IMG/VR virus record: IMGVR_UViG_3300032247_000812
Coordinates: 1 to 56,160 of that record
From: a virus
Taxonomy: Duplodnaviria > Caudoviricetes
Length of the DNA stretch: 56,160 nt
Reading direction: 5' to 3' (one strand)
Positions 15,611-26,214 of this stretch are shown here, piece after piece; positions within the stretch are counted from its first letter, which is position 1, and each line of letters opens with the position of its first letter. Below the pieces are notes generated by a model. That model ran no database searches. It was given only the letters and a program-made list of their open reading frames with translations, and was not told where the DNA came from. The translations under genes and the position numbers were made by a program.

Positions 15611-17989
15611 TTAAAGTTTAGTGTAACCCCAATTTACAACTGCGTTGGCACCGCTATTGTTAGTAATACCAAATGTAAACACATTGGCAGTTGTAGTACT
15701 GACTGTAGCAGTACTAATACCGTTCACAGTTCCAATAATTTGAGTGGGTATTGCAGTAAGCACTAAATTATTACCGTCTACATAATACCAACCATAACTA
15801 CTACCTAGTACCGGCACATTAGTATTAGTTACAACTACTGTAGCGGTATATGAAACAATACCACTTGGAATATTTCCTCTAACCCATATTGAGTAAGTAC
15901 CGTTTATTGGTACTGTAAGACTTACTGTGTTAACTCCGGGTGTAAGTGTCCAACTACCTGTTGTTTGTGTAGGAATGCCAGTAAGTTGGCTACCATTACC
16001 AATAAAGTTATTAGCTGAGACATTACCAGTAACTGATAGGCTTGATAGTGTGCCAACACTCGTGATGTTTGGTTGTGCATTAGTATATATAGTGCCTGCT
16101 ACAAGAGCATTACCCACTTGACCACTAACGTTTGCACCAGCAATATTGCTGATGTTACTACCATCACCTTTTAAGTATTGAGCACCGATAACATTAGCGT
16201 TAGCAAAGAAGTCAACATTGGTATTGATTCTACCATACTGACTTAATTCTATATTATAAGTAGACCAATTAATAGAACTAACTTGTTGTGGGAAATTGAT
16301 GGCTCCGTATATATCCACATTGCCCGGAGTTCTTAAATTACCAGCTGTATCAAATATCCAATTTTTACTACCACTACTTCTTAAGGTGTAACCGTCTGTA
16401 TTAGTATAGAAACCGCGACCACTAGTATCACGCAAATCTAAACTAGTAGTTACTGTATTGTCTGTTGCAAATACTCCACCACCGCCTCCACCAATCTTAG
16501 CACCAGTTGGTATTGTTAGTAAACCATTAGTGCCAAAGTTCCAGCTATTGCCATTGACTGTGATGTCAGTGCCAATACTAACTAGTGGCCCGGTAAATGT
16601 GTAGTTTTCTCCATCTTGAAATTGTGGACCACCTGAGTTTCTATCTAAAATTATAGTTTGACCAGCCGCGTCAATGCTCTGTATCACACCATTACTAACG
16701 CCAGGACCGTTTACAACCCAAGTTGTATCAAGACCAGTATAGTTCAATGTAGTGAAGATTCCTGTATAGCTGTTGCTGCCAAATGAATTTAGTGCCGGGC
16801 CTTTTATTAAGTTAGTTTCTTTATTGCTTATTCTAGTGCCATTAGGCAATGATAAATTACCATCTGCACCAAATACCCAAGTTTGTACAGACTGACTATT
16901 ACCAATATTACCGGCTTGTATATTAATATTGCCGTAAGTATTATATAATGATACTGCGTTACCGTCACCATTAGCAGGGATGTCAATTCCTGCGGTCTGA
17001 CCATTAGCTAAATCTGAATTGTTTACAACAACGCCTGTAAGAGAATAAATCACATTGTCATCAAATCCAATATTACCTGTATTCGCATTGCCTCCACCTA
17101 ATTGAACTTGTTGTCCATTAGCATAGTTAACACTAAATGTATTACCAGGTAGTGTTAGGTTACCTGTAGGATCAAAAATCCAATCATATCCCAAAACATC
17201 TTGTGGATCACCGAGAGTTCTTATTCTAACACTAACATTAGGACTATATGTATCAATATAAGCAACATTGGTTCCTGAACCAATCCATACTAAATTGTCA
17301 GGGCGATGTAAATTCCATCCGTCGTTTGTTGGGTAGTATATACCACTGCCATCACCTTGTATTACAGTACCATCGGGAAATGTTGTGTTACCGTCAGTAT
17401 CAAATAACCAAGTCTGTGGACTTCCTGAGTCTGCTCGTACCGATACATTTCCATCGACACCAACAACAATATTAGCACCCTCATCACGGCCAAGAATTAG
17501 ATTCTCACCGTTACCTGCAATGTGAATATCTGGACCACTAGTTAGATAAACATCTAAGTATGCATCAGTATTACTTGGATTTGGTTGTAAATATAAATTA
17601 CCATCGCCAATAATATTAACATCATTAAATGTTACATTGCCTGTATTACCCCCACCACCTGATTGTGCTACCCAAGATAAATTTCCTGCGCCATCTGTAC
17701 TTAATACTTGGTCTGCTGAACCACCACTGATTTTCAATGTATTGACACTTAATGTACCAACACTTGTGATGTTTGGTTGTGCGGCATTAGCAACAGATAA
17801 TGCTATGTTGGCTATGTTTGCATTTTGATATGCAGTACCTGCACCGGCTAATATTGAATTAGCAATATTACCCATTGTTGCTTTTTGCGTAGTAGAAACA
17901 CCTGTCATGTTAACTACCGGCACTAATGTAGTATTTGCTATATTATTGCCAATATCAGAAAGCTGTGTAATTTTAATTTGTGATGTCAT
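15611..17989 (-). CDS. long tail-fibre-like repeat protein
   Basis: Two AQPNITSVGTL repeats, five W.F...G.(L/T).(L/F/I/T)P repeats, Gly/Asn/Thr-rich. Confidence 0.8.
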   Translation of the reverse strand: MTSQIKITQLSDIGNNIANTTLVPVVNMTGVSTTQKATMGNIANSILAGAGTAYQNANIANIALSVANAAQPNITSVGTLSVNTLKISGGSADQVLSTDGAGNLSWVAQSGGGGNTGNVTFNDVNIIGDGNLYLQPNPSNTDAYLDVYLTSGPDIHIAGNGENLILGRDEGANIVVGVDGNVSVRADSGSPQTWLFDTDGNTTFPDGTVIQGDGSGIYYPTNDGWNLHRPDNLVWIGSGTNVAYIDTYSPNVSVRIRTLGDPQDVLGYDWIFDPTGNLTLPGNTFSVNYANGQQVQLGGGNANTGNIGFDDNVIYSLTGVVVNNSDLANGQTAGIDIPANGDGNAVSLYNTYGNINIQAGNIGNSQSVQTWVFGADGNLSLPNGTRISNKETNLIKGPALNSFGSNSYTGIFTTLNYTGLDTTWVVNGPGVSNGVIQSIDAAGQTIILDRNSGGPQFQDGENYTFTGPLVSIGTDITVNGNSWNFGTNGLLTIPTGAKIGGGGGGVFATDNTVTTSLDLRDTSGRGFYTNTDGYTLRSSGSKNWIFDTAGNLRTPGNVDIYGAINFPQQVSSINWSTYNIELSQYGRINTNVDFFANANVIGAQYLKGDGSNISNIAGANVSGQVGNALVAGTIYTNAQPNITSVGTLSSLSVTGNVSANNFIGNGSQLTGIPTQTTGSWTLTPGVNTVSLTVPINGTYSIWVRGNIPSGIVSYTATVVVTNTNVPVLGSSYGWYYVDGNNLVLTAIPTQIIGTVNGISTATVSTTTANVFTFGITNNSGANAVVNWGYTKL

Positions 17990-17999
17990 AATTTAATCC

Positions 18000-19100
18000 T
18001 TAACCGAAGGTTACTCCATTTTGTCCTATGCAGAACCATTTATTGTTTATATATTGTAATGTACATCCAGCACCAATGTCACCGAATGTGATTGTACCTG
18101 TACCACTTGATTTCCATCCTGCATTGGTAACAGTAATAATCATGTCACCTCCGTCAGCAAGCATCATAAATGTTTTAATTAATCCATTAGTGCCGGCGGC
18201 TAATGTTGCTGTACTTGATCCTGTTGTTGAAAAATAGCTTGCAGTTACAGCTAGATTTGCGGCATTGCCGCTTACTAGATTCTCATTACCGCTTAATAAC
18301 AAGCTACCTGCTACTTGAACATTACTTGGTAAATCAACTGTTATTGTTCCTGCGGTTGTAATTGCACCGCTAGAAACATTTAATGTAGTACTTGATATAC
18401 CAACACTAGTAACTGTTCCACCTGTTTGTGTTGCACTAACTGTAATATTGCCGTTGCTTCCTGTTAATCCAATACCAGTACCAGCTGTTAATCTAGTAAC
18501 ACCTGTGTTAACAACAGTGATATTTCCTGCTGTGGTTATTGGTCCACCTGAAACTTGTATACCTGCACCACTAGCAACAAGACCAACGCTTGTTACAGTA
18601 CCAACACTATTTGCATTTGCTATGTTAGTAATACGACCGTATTGGTCAACTGTCAATGTAGGGTATGCATAGTTACCAGCAATAACACCTGAGTTTGCTA
18701 AATCTATTGAAATTGTGCCATTGCTAACGACCGGGCTATTTGTAATCGTTAGTCTATTATTTGAAATTGGAACTAAACCCACACTAGTTACCGTTCCGCC
18801 AGCGCCATTGCCGCCGCCTGTAGAACTTATAGTGATATTTCCAGTACTAGCATCTAAGATAATGCCTGTACCAGCGTTTAATTGCGTTACACCGGTGTTT
18901 GTTATTGTAATAGTACCGGTGTTGGCATTGGCACTAGTACTAATTCCAGTGTTACCTACGAAGGTATTATATGGACTAGCGCATCCAAATAGTGTAGTGA
19001 AGTTTGTTTGTGTTTTGGTAAATGCGGAATACAATGAGTCACTGCCTGTTGACTCATTAGGTAAACCTATTTGTATAACCTGTAAATTTCCAATTGCCAT
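18000..19100 (-). CDS. tail-fibre-like repeat protein
   Basis: Three GTVTSVG and repeated NTGVT.L.AGTGI units; TVDQYGRIT. Confidence 0.8.
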   Translation of the reverse strand: MAIGNLQVIQIGLPNESTGSDSLYSAFTKTQTNFTTLFGCASPYNTFVGNTGISTSANANTGTITITNTGVTQLNAGTGIILDASTGNITISSTGGGNGAGGTVTSVGLVPISNNRLTITNSPVVSNGTISIDLANSGVIAGNYAYPTLTVDQYGRITNIANANSVGTVTSVGLVASGAGIQVSGGPITTAGNITVVNTGVTRLTAGTGIGLTGSNGNITVSATQTGGTVTSVGISSTTLNVSSGAITTAGTITVDLPSNVQVAGSLLLSGNENLVSGNAANLAVTASYFSTTGSSTATLAAGTNGLIKTFMMLADGGDMIITVTNAGWKSSGTGTITFGDIGAGCTLQYINNKWFCIGQNGVTFG

Positions 19101-19150
19101 TTTATCATCCTTATACTGTATTTATCAATAAGGATGAAATAAACAATTAG

Positions 19151-19477
19151 TTATCCAGGGCTAAAGCTACTTCCGCATCCGCATGTTGTTTGAGCATTTG
19201 GATTTTTAATGCTAAATCTTGACCCTTGTAAGTCATCAATATAGTCTACAGTGGCATTTTCTACATATTGCATACTCATACTATCTACTAAAACAAGTGT
19301 AGAACCTGCAGTAATTTCCCAATCATCCTCGTTTTGTTCTTCATCAAGGGTAAATCCATACTGCATCCCTGAACAACCCCCACCTTGAACAAACATACGG
19401 AGTTTGATTTTTGGATTGTTTTCTTCTGCTAAAATATCTGCAATTTTAGTTGATGCGTTTTCGGTAATTGTAATCAT
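19151..19477 (-). CDS. erpA: iron-sulfur cluster insertion protein ErpA (A-type carrier)
   Basis: [21 protein letters not shown] and [14 protein letters not shown]. Confidence 0.93.
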   Translation of the reverse strand: MITITENASTKIADILAEENNPKIKLRMFVQGGGCSGMQYGFTLDEEQNEDDWEITAGSTLVLVDSMSMQYVENATVDYIDDLQGSRFSIKNPNAQTTCGCGSSFSPG

Positions 19478-20758
19478 TTAATTTCTCTCAAATTCTGTTG
19501 CGTTTCCGTCTAAATCTACATGCCAAGCATAAAATCTAGTATCGGGATGGTCTTTTTTAAGACTGACAAAAGCATTTAAATTTGGCACTGCATCATCATA
19601 CATGATAGCCTTATTATACTGCTCTTTGTCTAATAGTCTATTAATAATTATCTTTTTCTTTTCTTCGGTAGAAATTTTATCTGTCATATTTCCTGCACGA
19701 TATACATGCACTTTGCTCATGTCAACACCGTATTTACGGAAAGTATCTAGGAATAATTCTCTGTCATTAAAATCACTACGGGCAGTTACCATTACAACTT
19801 TGTTACCCGTATTAATATCACGCTTTAGTTGATTAATCATTGGAATGATTGGTTTTGCGTTTTCAAAGAATTCACGTGCATTACTAAAATCACCAAAATC
19901 AAATTCTTCACCGGGCTTTAATTTGTAGTGTGTAAAATCATGACTGTTCAAACTATGTGTTACTTTACCATTTTTTACTACATGAACCTTAGTTTGTGTA
20001 TGCACAAGTGTATCATCAATGTCAAAAATAACTAATTTATTTTGTTCACTATCTTCTTTTAATTGTTCATCATCCCAGTGCTTATTTTTTTGTAAATTTA
20101 TCCAAGACTTGGCAGCATTTTTGTTTGGTTCTTGATTAGTAAACTTTACTAGTTTTTTATATGTATTTGTAATCTGTTCGTCAGTAGTTTCTTTATTACC
20201 GCTATTGTCAATAATAGCAAAATTTTCAAAGATGTTAGCGAACTTACCTATGTTGTTTTGTACACCATACCATTTTTTAGTTACAATTTCATCAGGTACT
20301 GTTCTAAATCTAGATTGATTTCTTTGTTTAGCAACTTCAAGTTTAGTGTTAACTACAACTAAGAAATTATTATAACCAAGTGCATCAAAGTTATACTTTA
20401 TCTTTGATATTTTTTCAAAGTTATCACCTGTACCGTCAATAACAATACCCAGTCTGCCCTGTATTGCAAGCACACTTTTATCTGCTGTAATGTTTTTTGC
20501 TCTGTCTCTAACAATATCACGCTGTGACTGTTCTTCCGGTGGCATTTTAGGATTTAAATTATTCTTTTTTAACAAATATTCAAATGCTATGTCACTATTA
20601 ATAGTGGTGTAACCTAATGCGGATAGGGCTAATTGCTTTGATATATAGCTTTTGCCGCTACCAGGACCACCAATTAAGAATACAACCTTAAATATGGCAG
20701 GGTCGTTGATTCCTTCTTTAAGTTGGTTCTCTAAAATTACAAATTCTTTGGCTCTCAT
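19478..20758 (-). CDS. fusion of P-loop kinase (zeta-toxin/AAA-like) and HAD-family phosphatase
   Basis: GGPGSGKS, VIDGT; second domain IFDIDDTL, VTAR, YDD; N-terminal MRAKEF leader. Confidence 0.8.
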   Translation of the reverse strand: MRAKEFVILENQLKEGINDPAIFKVVFLIGGPGSGKSYISKQLALSALGYTTINSDIAFEYLLKKNNLNPKMPPEEQSQRDIVRDRAKNITADKSVLAIQGRLGIVIDGTGDNFEKISKIKYNFDALGYNNFLVVVNTKLEVAKQRNQSRFRTVPDEIVTKKWYGVQNNIGKFANIFENFAIIDNSGNKETTDEQITNTYKKLVKFTNQEPNKNAAKSWINLQKNKHWDDEQLKEDSEQNKLVIFDIDDTLVHTQTKVHVVKNGKVTHSLNSHDFTHYKLKPGEEFDFGDFSNAREFFENAKPIIPMINQLKRDINTGNKVVMVTARSDFNDRELFLDTFRKYGVDMSKVHVYRAGNMTDKISTEEKKKIIINRLLDKEQYNKAIMYDDAVPNLNAFVSLKKDHPDTRFYAWHVDLDGNATEFERN

Positions 20759-21309
20759 AAACTTTTACCCCAGCGAGTGTTGATAACATTCCAATTAATT
20801 ATCTTCCATTGTTCACTTAAATATTTCTTTTTATCACTACCGTAATCCAATATCCAAGCATGTTCCCACCAATCAACTAACAATAGTATATCATCACGCA
20901 CTTCATGATTTTTAATTGTTTTAATTTTACCATCATATGCTAAGTAAACCCAACCGCTACCTTGAATAGTCATTGCAGTTTCTTCAAAAGCATTTTTCAT
21001 ACCTTCATAACTACCAAAGTGTTTGTTAATAAATCCAAACATTGGACCATTTGGTTTGTTAGTATTTCTTACTTCACGAAATTGCGGAAACCATGTATTA
21101 TGTAAGAACGCCCCCGCATAATTAAAGTCACTATCACCCTCACCCTTATTGTATCTTTCAGCATAGCCCTTAGCTAACTTGTCATAGTGCAAGTGTATTG
21201 CGGGTTTACTCAGTACAGGTGCAAGGTCATTTTCCTCAAAGTTAAGTGGAATTATTTCGATGTCTTGTTGTTTAGACTTTTCTTCAAGTAATGTAATTAT
21301 ATCACGCAT
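20755..21309 (-). CDS. Fe/Mn superoxide dismutase family protein
   Basis: HLHYDK, HN, GSGWVYL, DWWEHAW.LDY motifs. Confidence 0.9.
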   Translation of the reverse strand: MRDIITLLEEKSKQQDIEIIPLNFEENDLAPVLSKPAIHLHYDKLAKGYAERYNKGEGDSDFNYAGAFLHNTWFPQFREVRNTNKPNGPMFGFINKHFGSYEGMKNAFEETAMTIQGSGWVYLAYDGKIKTIKNHEVRDDILLLVDWWEHAWILDYGSDKKKYLSEQWKIINWNVINTRWGKSL

Positions 21310-21330
21310 TAAGTATTTATCGTGAATATC

Positions 21331-22107
21331 TTATAACAGTGTTTGTAATTTGTTTGATATTTGATTAGCAATTGATTTATTACTGAATCTTCCTGAGTGT
21401 AAGTTATCTCTGGCCTTATCCATAATGTCCCATAAAAATAAAACATTTTTCAATTGAAATCCTTTTGATATTTTCATACCAGGAAAATACATGTCAATGA
21501 TAGGTACATCTACTATATTTTCTATCATTTTTTTCTTCATTTCATACTGATGTTCAAAATATTTTATTTCATCACCTAATATAAAAAATTTAAGTTTATT
21601 TTGTTCACTCTCAGAAAAATTACTATTATCTACAAACCATGGCCCACCTTTACCAATCATAGAACCTTCTTCTTTAAAAGAAAATCTAGTGTAGTTTGGA
21701 TTCTGTAAAACAATAAATTTGGGTTTTTGCTTTACTTTAGATAACCAAGTTATTAGATTGTAGAATAAAATGTCTATTCCTGTTCCACCTAATCCCAAGT
21801 TATAATAGTCACAATTTAACTTTTTGCTTAATACATGTGAATATGTATCTTCTAAGTGTAACCCTATTCCTTCTGTGTTACTACAACCAGTAGTAAGAAA
21901 ATAGTTATCCAAATTAATATCTTCAATATCTTTACAACGATGTCCTAACTTATTTGTCAAATAAGTTATAGGATTGTTTCTATAATACCAATCATTGGGT
22001 GCAGTCTTTAGTGATTCATTAAATTTATTTTCACTATCTTGGTGGCTGAAAAAGATATTTTTATTTTTTGACATACCTATAAAATCGTCAATATAAATTA
22101 AAGACAC
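21331..22107 (-). CDS. SGNH/GDSL-like hypothetical protein
   Basis: GCSNTEGIG, YNLGLGG, ARDNLH motifs. Confidence 0.65.
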   Translation of the reverse strand: MSLIYIDDFIGMSKNKNIFFSHQDSENKFNESLKTAPNDWYYRNNPITYLTNKLGHRCKDIEDINLDNYFLTTGCSNTEGIGLHLEDTYSHVLSKKLNCDYYNLGLGGTGIDILFYNLITWLSKVKQKPKFIVLQNPNYTRFSFKEEGSMIGKGGPWFVDNSNFSESEQNKLKFFILGDEIKYFEHQYEMKKKMIENIVDVPIIDMYFPGMKISKGFQLKNVLFLWDIMDKARDNLHSGRFSNKSIANQISNKLQTLL

Positions 22108-22322
22108 TATCTTCTCCGTGTTATTCTGCCCCTAGCTAAATCATAAGGACTGAACTCTATTTCTACCTTATCGCCCAATAATACTTTAATATCGTTTTGG
22201 CGCATCTTGCCCGATATATAACCTAAAACTGTTTGTCCTGCAGTTAATGTTATTCTGAATGTAGCATTGGGTAGAACCTCTGCTACAGTACCATCCATTT
22301 TAATACCTTCTTCTTTTGCCAT
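22107..22322 (-). CDS. infA: translation initiation factor IF-1
   Basis: [19 protein letters not shown]...ISGKMR...GDKV..E.SPYDL.RGRI. Confidence 0.96.
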   Translation of the reverse strand: MAKEEGIKMDGTVAEVLPNATFRITLTAGQTVLGYISGKMRQNDIKVLLGDKVEIEFSPYDLARGRITRRR

Positions 22323-22334
22323 ACTACGTGTTAC

Positions 22335-22760
22335 TCATCTCTTTAAAATACTCCAGATTTTTTCTTTTTCAATGATTTCTTTTTCTAACGCTACATAAGC
22401 CTCACGTAAGCCACGTAGATTTTCCCATTTTTCTTCTAATTCTTCGTTTGGATGAAGTATAGCTAGTTTTTCTTCAATTTTTTCTAATGAGTTACGTAGG
22501 CTTTTGCCTTTAATTTTTATATCACCTTCAAAGTTAGCATCACCTATTACTCTAAGTGAGTTACCTTGTATATTGGGCTCTGCTGAGATAGTAGCCCAAC
22601 TTGGACCAGTATTGCTTGCCATGTAAACTTGTCCGGCAGACCCAACACTATTTGGGGTTGATGTGATAGTATATGTACCTGATGTATTGTTACTGGTAGT
22701 AACATACAGGTTTGCTAAGTCCTGTTGTGTGATTGGCGGGAACGAATGTTGAGTAATCAT
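22335..22760 (-). CDS. hypothetical protein
   Basis: Thr/Ser-rich N-terminus, GDANFEGDI, coiled-coil C-terminus. Confidence 0.75.
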   Translation of the reverse strand: MITQHSFPPITQQDLANLYVTTSNNTSGTYTITSTPNSVGSAGQVYMASNTGPSWATISAEPNIQGNSLRVIGDANFEGDIKIKGKSLRNSLEKIEEKLAILHPNEELEEKWENLRGLREAYVALEKEIIEKEKIWSILKR

Positions 22761-22945
22761 AATCTTTTTAAAATATATCTACCGTCACTATCTACTGTAA
22801 AATCGATAGTATCACCCGGTTTCCAATTCAAAGCATCTAAAAGAGTTTGTGGAATGGGCAACAGTAAGTCGCCGTTTTCAGGGTCTTCTTGCGCTATTAC
22901 CTCATAGCGAATGTGGTCTTGGCCAGGTTTAGTGTTAACGCTCAT
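22757..22945 (-). CDS. AbrB/MazE-like DNA-binding protein
   Basis: EDPENGDLLLPIPQTLLDALNWKPGDTI; paralogue of 8333 N-terminus. Confidence 0.75.
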   Translation of the reverse strand: MSVNTKPGQDHIRYEVIAQEDPENGDLLLPIPQTLLDALNWKPGDTIDFTVDSDGRYILKRL

Positions 22946-23005
22946 GTGTTGTATGATACTGTTTTATAACAGCGAATGCAAGTATTTTGGTTACCATGCA
23001 TGTAT

Positions 23006-23533
23006 TTATAGCCAACGGCTATAAATCATAGTTAATATATTGATTGTCCTATCCGTTGTGCTGTCATGATGTTTAACTGCAATACCACCGTTTTCTACGA
23101 ATGGACCTAAGTACACGTGATAATCATCTACTAACACATTTGGATGACCGTCAGTCATTGCATATTTATATTTGTCCCTATCAAAGATACAACTTGCACT
23201 AGTGCCGGGGTTATGAATATCTAACCAATCACGTTTACCTCGTATGCATTCTTCAGTATGTCTTTTAAAAGGAGCACTCAATACTGTAAAAGGTATATTA
23301 TTATCTCGTAGCCATTTAATTATTCTTAGTCCCCCGGGTAATGGTCTAAGATTTCTAAACAAATCATAGACAAATTCAGGACCTCTAGCCTTAATAACAT
23401 CTGTAGCAGACTCTTTATTGGGCACGTCATCCCAACCCGACACATTATGAAGTCTAGCTAGTTCGTGGAACAAATCGGCCTGCACTCCGTCCATGTCCAA
23501 ATACAAATGCGGCATTCTTAAATTGTTATCCAT
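23006..23533 (-). CDS. 5'(3')-deoxyribonucleotidase-like HAD protein (NT5C)
   Basis: LYLDMDGVQAD, GK..WL, K.KYA, VLVDD. Confidence 0.85.
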   Translation of the reverse strand: MDNNLRMPHLYLDMDGVQADLFHELARLHNVSGWDDVPNKESATDVIKARGPEFVYDLFRNLRPLPGGLRIIKWLRDNNIPFTVLSAPFKRHTEECIRGKRDWLDIHNPGTSASCIFDRDKYKYAMTDGHPNVLVDDYHVYLGPFVENGGIAVKHHDSTTDRTINILTMIYSRWL

Positions 23534-24273
23534 GGCATCTTTTCTTTAATTAAATTATTTCTGTTGTGTACATATACATCATATGATTTTTTTATTTTAT
23601 CATTTATTGGATGCCCTGTCAAGTGTATAAGGTCATTTAATGTGCTAGCATTGTATATATTTTGATAGGGTATTATTAATGTTTTGTCTATAAAATCATT
23701 TGGTACAGGACTATCCATGAACCTTTTCCAAGACAACATTTGCGGTTTCCAAAAAGCAAGCATTTTATTAAAAATTTGTTCTAGTTTATCTAGTGTCAAT
23801 TCATTCTCATCATATTCTTTGCTGAACAGTTCTTTGTATATTTCACAAATATGGTTGAATGTCATAGATTTCCTAGTTTTATCAGCAAAAAATAAGTCAA
23901 ATCCATTTTTGTACATCAGATTACCTACTATCTCAGGAATGTCATTTTCACCATATGTAATAATTATGATTTTTGTTTTTGGAAATCTTTCACGAACTAT
24001 ATCCCAATTGGGATAGGTGTGAGAAGTCATTATACCTATATCCGACGTAAAATTAAAAATCTCATAAGCAGTTGGTCCATTAACACTCCATTCAATGCTA
24101 GGCTCATTTAATTTCACATCCCAATTTTTGGTCCATGGTTTTTCATAATGAGCAGAGTTAAACATGGTGTACTTAGTTTCAGTAGTTGAATTATTAATCA
24201 TATTCCAAAGAATATTTGATAAAAATCTACCACTAGTTCCAGCTACAAAGCTGACTATATATGTGTCGTTCAT
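23518..24273 (-). CDS. AT-rich hypothetical protein, sulfotransferase-like P-loop family
   Basis: VSFVAGTSGRFL N-terminus shared with 33536-34162. Confidence 0.65.
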   Translation of the reverse strand: MNDTYIVSFVAGTSGRFLSNILWNMINNSTTETKYTMFNSAHYEKPWTKNWDVKLNEPSIEWSVNGPTAYEIFNFTSDIGIMTSHTYPNWDIVRERFPKTKIIIITYGENDIPEIVGNLMYKNGFDLFFADKTRKSMTFNHICEIYKELFSKEYDENELTLDKLEQIFNKMLAFWKPQMLSWKRFMDSPVPNDFIDKTLIIPYQNIYNASTLNDLIHLTGHPINDKIKKSYDVYVHNRNNLIKEKMPWITI

Positions 24274-24340
24274 ATCAATATTTATTGGATATACCCAATG
24301 ATTTTAATTTTTAACTAAATACACACAAAGGAGGCCACAA

Positions 24341-24877
24341 ATGGCAGAAGAACAAAAACCCCTATCACGCAGTGAACGTGAAGCAAAAATTAAAGACAAG
24401 GCAGGCTGGGTAATTACATTACTAGCGTTAATGTTAGCAATCAACACATATATTGCTAATGGATTTACTGGTAAAGTATTGACTAACACGATTGCCGCAA
24501 ATAACATGTATAGCTTTTACCAAGCTAAATCAATCAAGCAAACATTAGCTGAACAGAGTTTGGATGATGCTATGATTCGTAAAGAAACAGCTAAGATTGA
24601 AAAACTAAAAGCAAAGATTGAACGCTACGAAAGCGATCCTGTATCTGGTGAAGGCAAAAAAGAATTGTTAGCAAAGGCTCGACAACTAGAGGCTGACCGA
24701 GATGAAGCTAGAAGACATAGCCCTTGGCTAACATTTAGTGGCACTAGTTTTCAGTTAGCAATTGTTTTGTTATCAGCAAGTATTTTAGCAGTTAGCATGC
24801 CGATGTATTGGGGAAGTCTAATAGTTGGCTTTATAGGTATGCTATTGATGGGCCAAGGCTTTTGGCTTTGGATATAA
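24341..24877 (+). CDS. DUF4337-like membrane protein
   Basis: FYQAKSIKQ motif, three TM helices; AAGGAGG RBS. Confidence 0.85.
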   Translation: MAEEQKPLSRSEREAKIKDKAGWVITLLALMLAINTYIANGFTGKVLTNTIAANNMYSFYQAKSIKQTLAEQSLDDAMIRKETAKIEKLKAKIERYESDPVSGEGKKELLAKARQLEADRDEARRHSPWLTFSGTSFQLAIVLLSASILAVSMPMYWGSLIVGFIGMLLMGQGFWLWI

Positions 24878-24894
24878 TTTAAAAGGAGAATGAC

Positions 24895-25131
24895 ATGAGT
24901 TTACCAACAGCGTTAGTACTTTTAGGCTTAGTAGTAGCACTAATTTATATCTATATCAGTAATAAAAGACATGATGCGGAAGTGGCAGCTTTAAAGGCTG
25001 TTCAGGCTGAATCATGGAAAACTGATTACCACAACCCAAACAGCCCTACATATGATCCTGTTCGTGTAGCGGCTGAAGAGGCAGAAGCACAAGCTAATCC
25101 AAGACCTAGCGATTACGCAGGCGATAGATAA
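24895..25131 (+). CDS. small membrane-anchored protein
   Basis: AAGGAG RBS; N-terminal TM helix. Confidence 0.75.
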   Translation: MSLPTALVLLGLVVALIYIYISNKRHDAEVAALKAVQAESWKTDYHNPNSPTYDPVRVAAEEAEAQANPRPSDYAGDR

Positions 25132-26214
25132 TTAGCCTCTTTCGGGGAAGTAATCTTCCATTACACCTTCTCTATGCAGGTCTGATGTAATACAATGTAA
25201 CCCGCCATCCCAAAAGTAACGATGGCGAAAGTTACATATGTGTGGGGTAATTCCATATCTATCAAACGCATCAAATACAAGTTTATTGTACCCATTGACA
25301 ATAGCATTTTTCTTATCTATCATAAGCATATTAACATCAAATACACTTTCTTCTGCGTATCCTACCCAATGGTTCATCCATGTCTCTACAAAGTTAGTAA
25401 AGTCATCATTTAACTCTTCACCAGGCACCCACCATTTGCCGTAATTTTTTTTCTTTAACTTAGTAAAATCTTGCATCTTAGACCAAGATTCATTTTCAAG
25501 ATACACTACTTCCCAATCAGGGAATGTTTCTTTATAATTAAGTGGTGAGGTTATACTAAAGATAAGTCCTGGTACAGCAGGACAAAAATAGCCGTCATTA
25601 TGACCTTGTGTGTCTACTATGTGTATTCTATTATCAGGGAATTTCTTCTCAAGGATACTCTGAAGATTGTCTAATATATTAGTAGAATGTATACCTTGAT
25701 GTGTTCCTATATATAAATCTTTACCGACACGTGTAGTCATTGCACCATTAGCCAGTGAAGGGCCTCTTAGTTCAGTATTATGCCATTCAATTCTATCACC
25801 TATTAATAACTCATTGTTGTCATAAAGTGTATTACCGTTTTCAATGATATGCTGATTGATATTATGCCAAACCTTATGATGTGGATTAACAAAATACTTT
25901 TCACCAATCATTATGGTATGGTCTCTGGGTTGCATAAAAAAGGGATTTGGAACAGATGCACCCGACCCGTCATTTTCAATAGCTTCTTTAGCATAGCCCA
26001 CTGGACTAGTAATATCGGGTCTAATAACCTTTACATTAAAACGTTCCAAAATAGAAATTAACTTTTGATAATCTTCTTCTGTTTCTTCAGCAATTTTATA
26101 AAAAACTTTTCTTATTTTTTCATTTTTAATATAGTCGTATAATTCGGGGGGATATGATTTCCCCACTACACAAACCTTAAGTGGATCCCAATGCTGATAA
26201 ACTGAATATGTCAT
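25132..26214 (-). CDS. amidinotransferase/pentein-superfamily enzyme
   Basis: WDPLKVCVVG, QPRD, HNDG, FDVN and GGLHCIT (catalytic Cys) motifs; ATGA overlap with upstream gene. Confidence 0.88.
   Translation of the reverse strand: MTYSVYQHWDPLKVCVVGKSYPPELYDYIKNEKIRKVFYKIAEETEEDYQKLISILERFNVKVIRPDITSPVGYAKEAIENDGSGASVPNPFFMQPRDHTIMIGEKYFVNPHHKVWHNINQHIIENGNTLYDNNELLIGDRIEWHNTELRGPSLANGAMTTRVGKDLYIGTHQGIHSTNILDNLQSILEKKFPDNRIHIVDTQGHNDGYFCPAVPGLIFSITSPLNYKETFPDWEVVYLENESWSKMQDFTKLKKKNYGKWWVPGEELNDDFTNFVETWMNHWVGYAEESVFDVNMLMIDKKNAIVNGYNKLVFDAFDRYGITPHICNFRHRYFWDGGLHCITSDLHREGVMEDYFPERG

Noticed and set aside
13075-19100. Diversity-generating retroelement target/template pair
   Set aside because: No reverse transcriptase and no ~100-bp repeat pair differing only at adenines was seen
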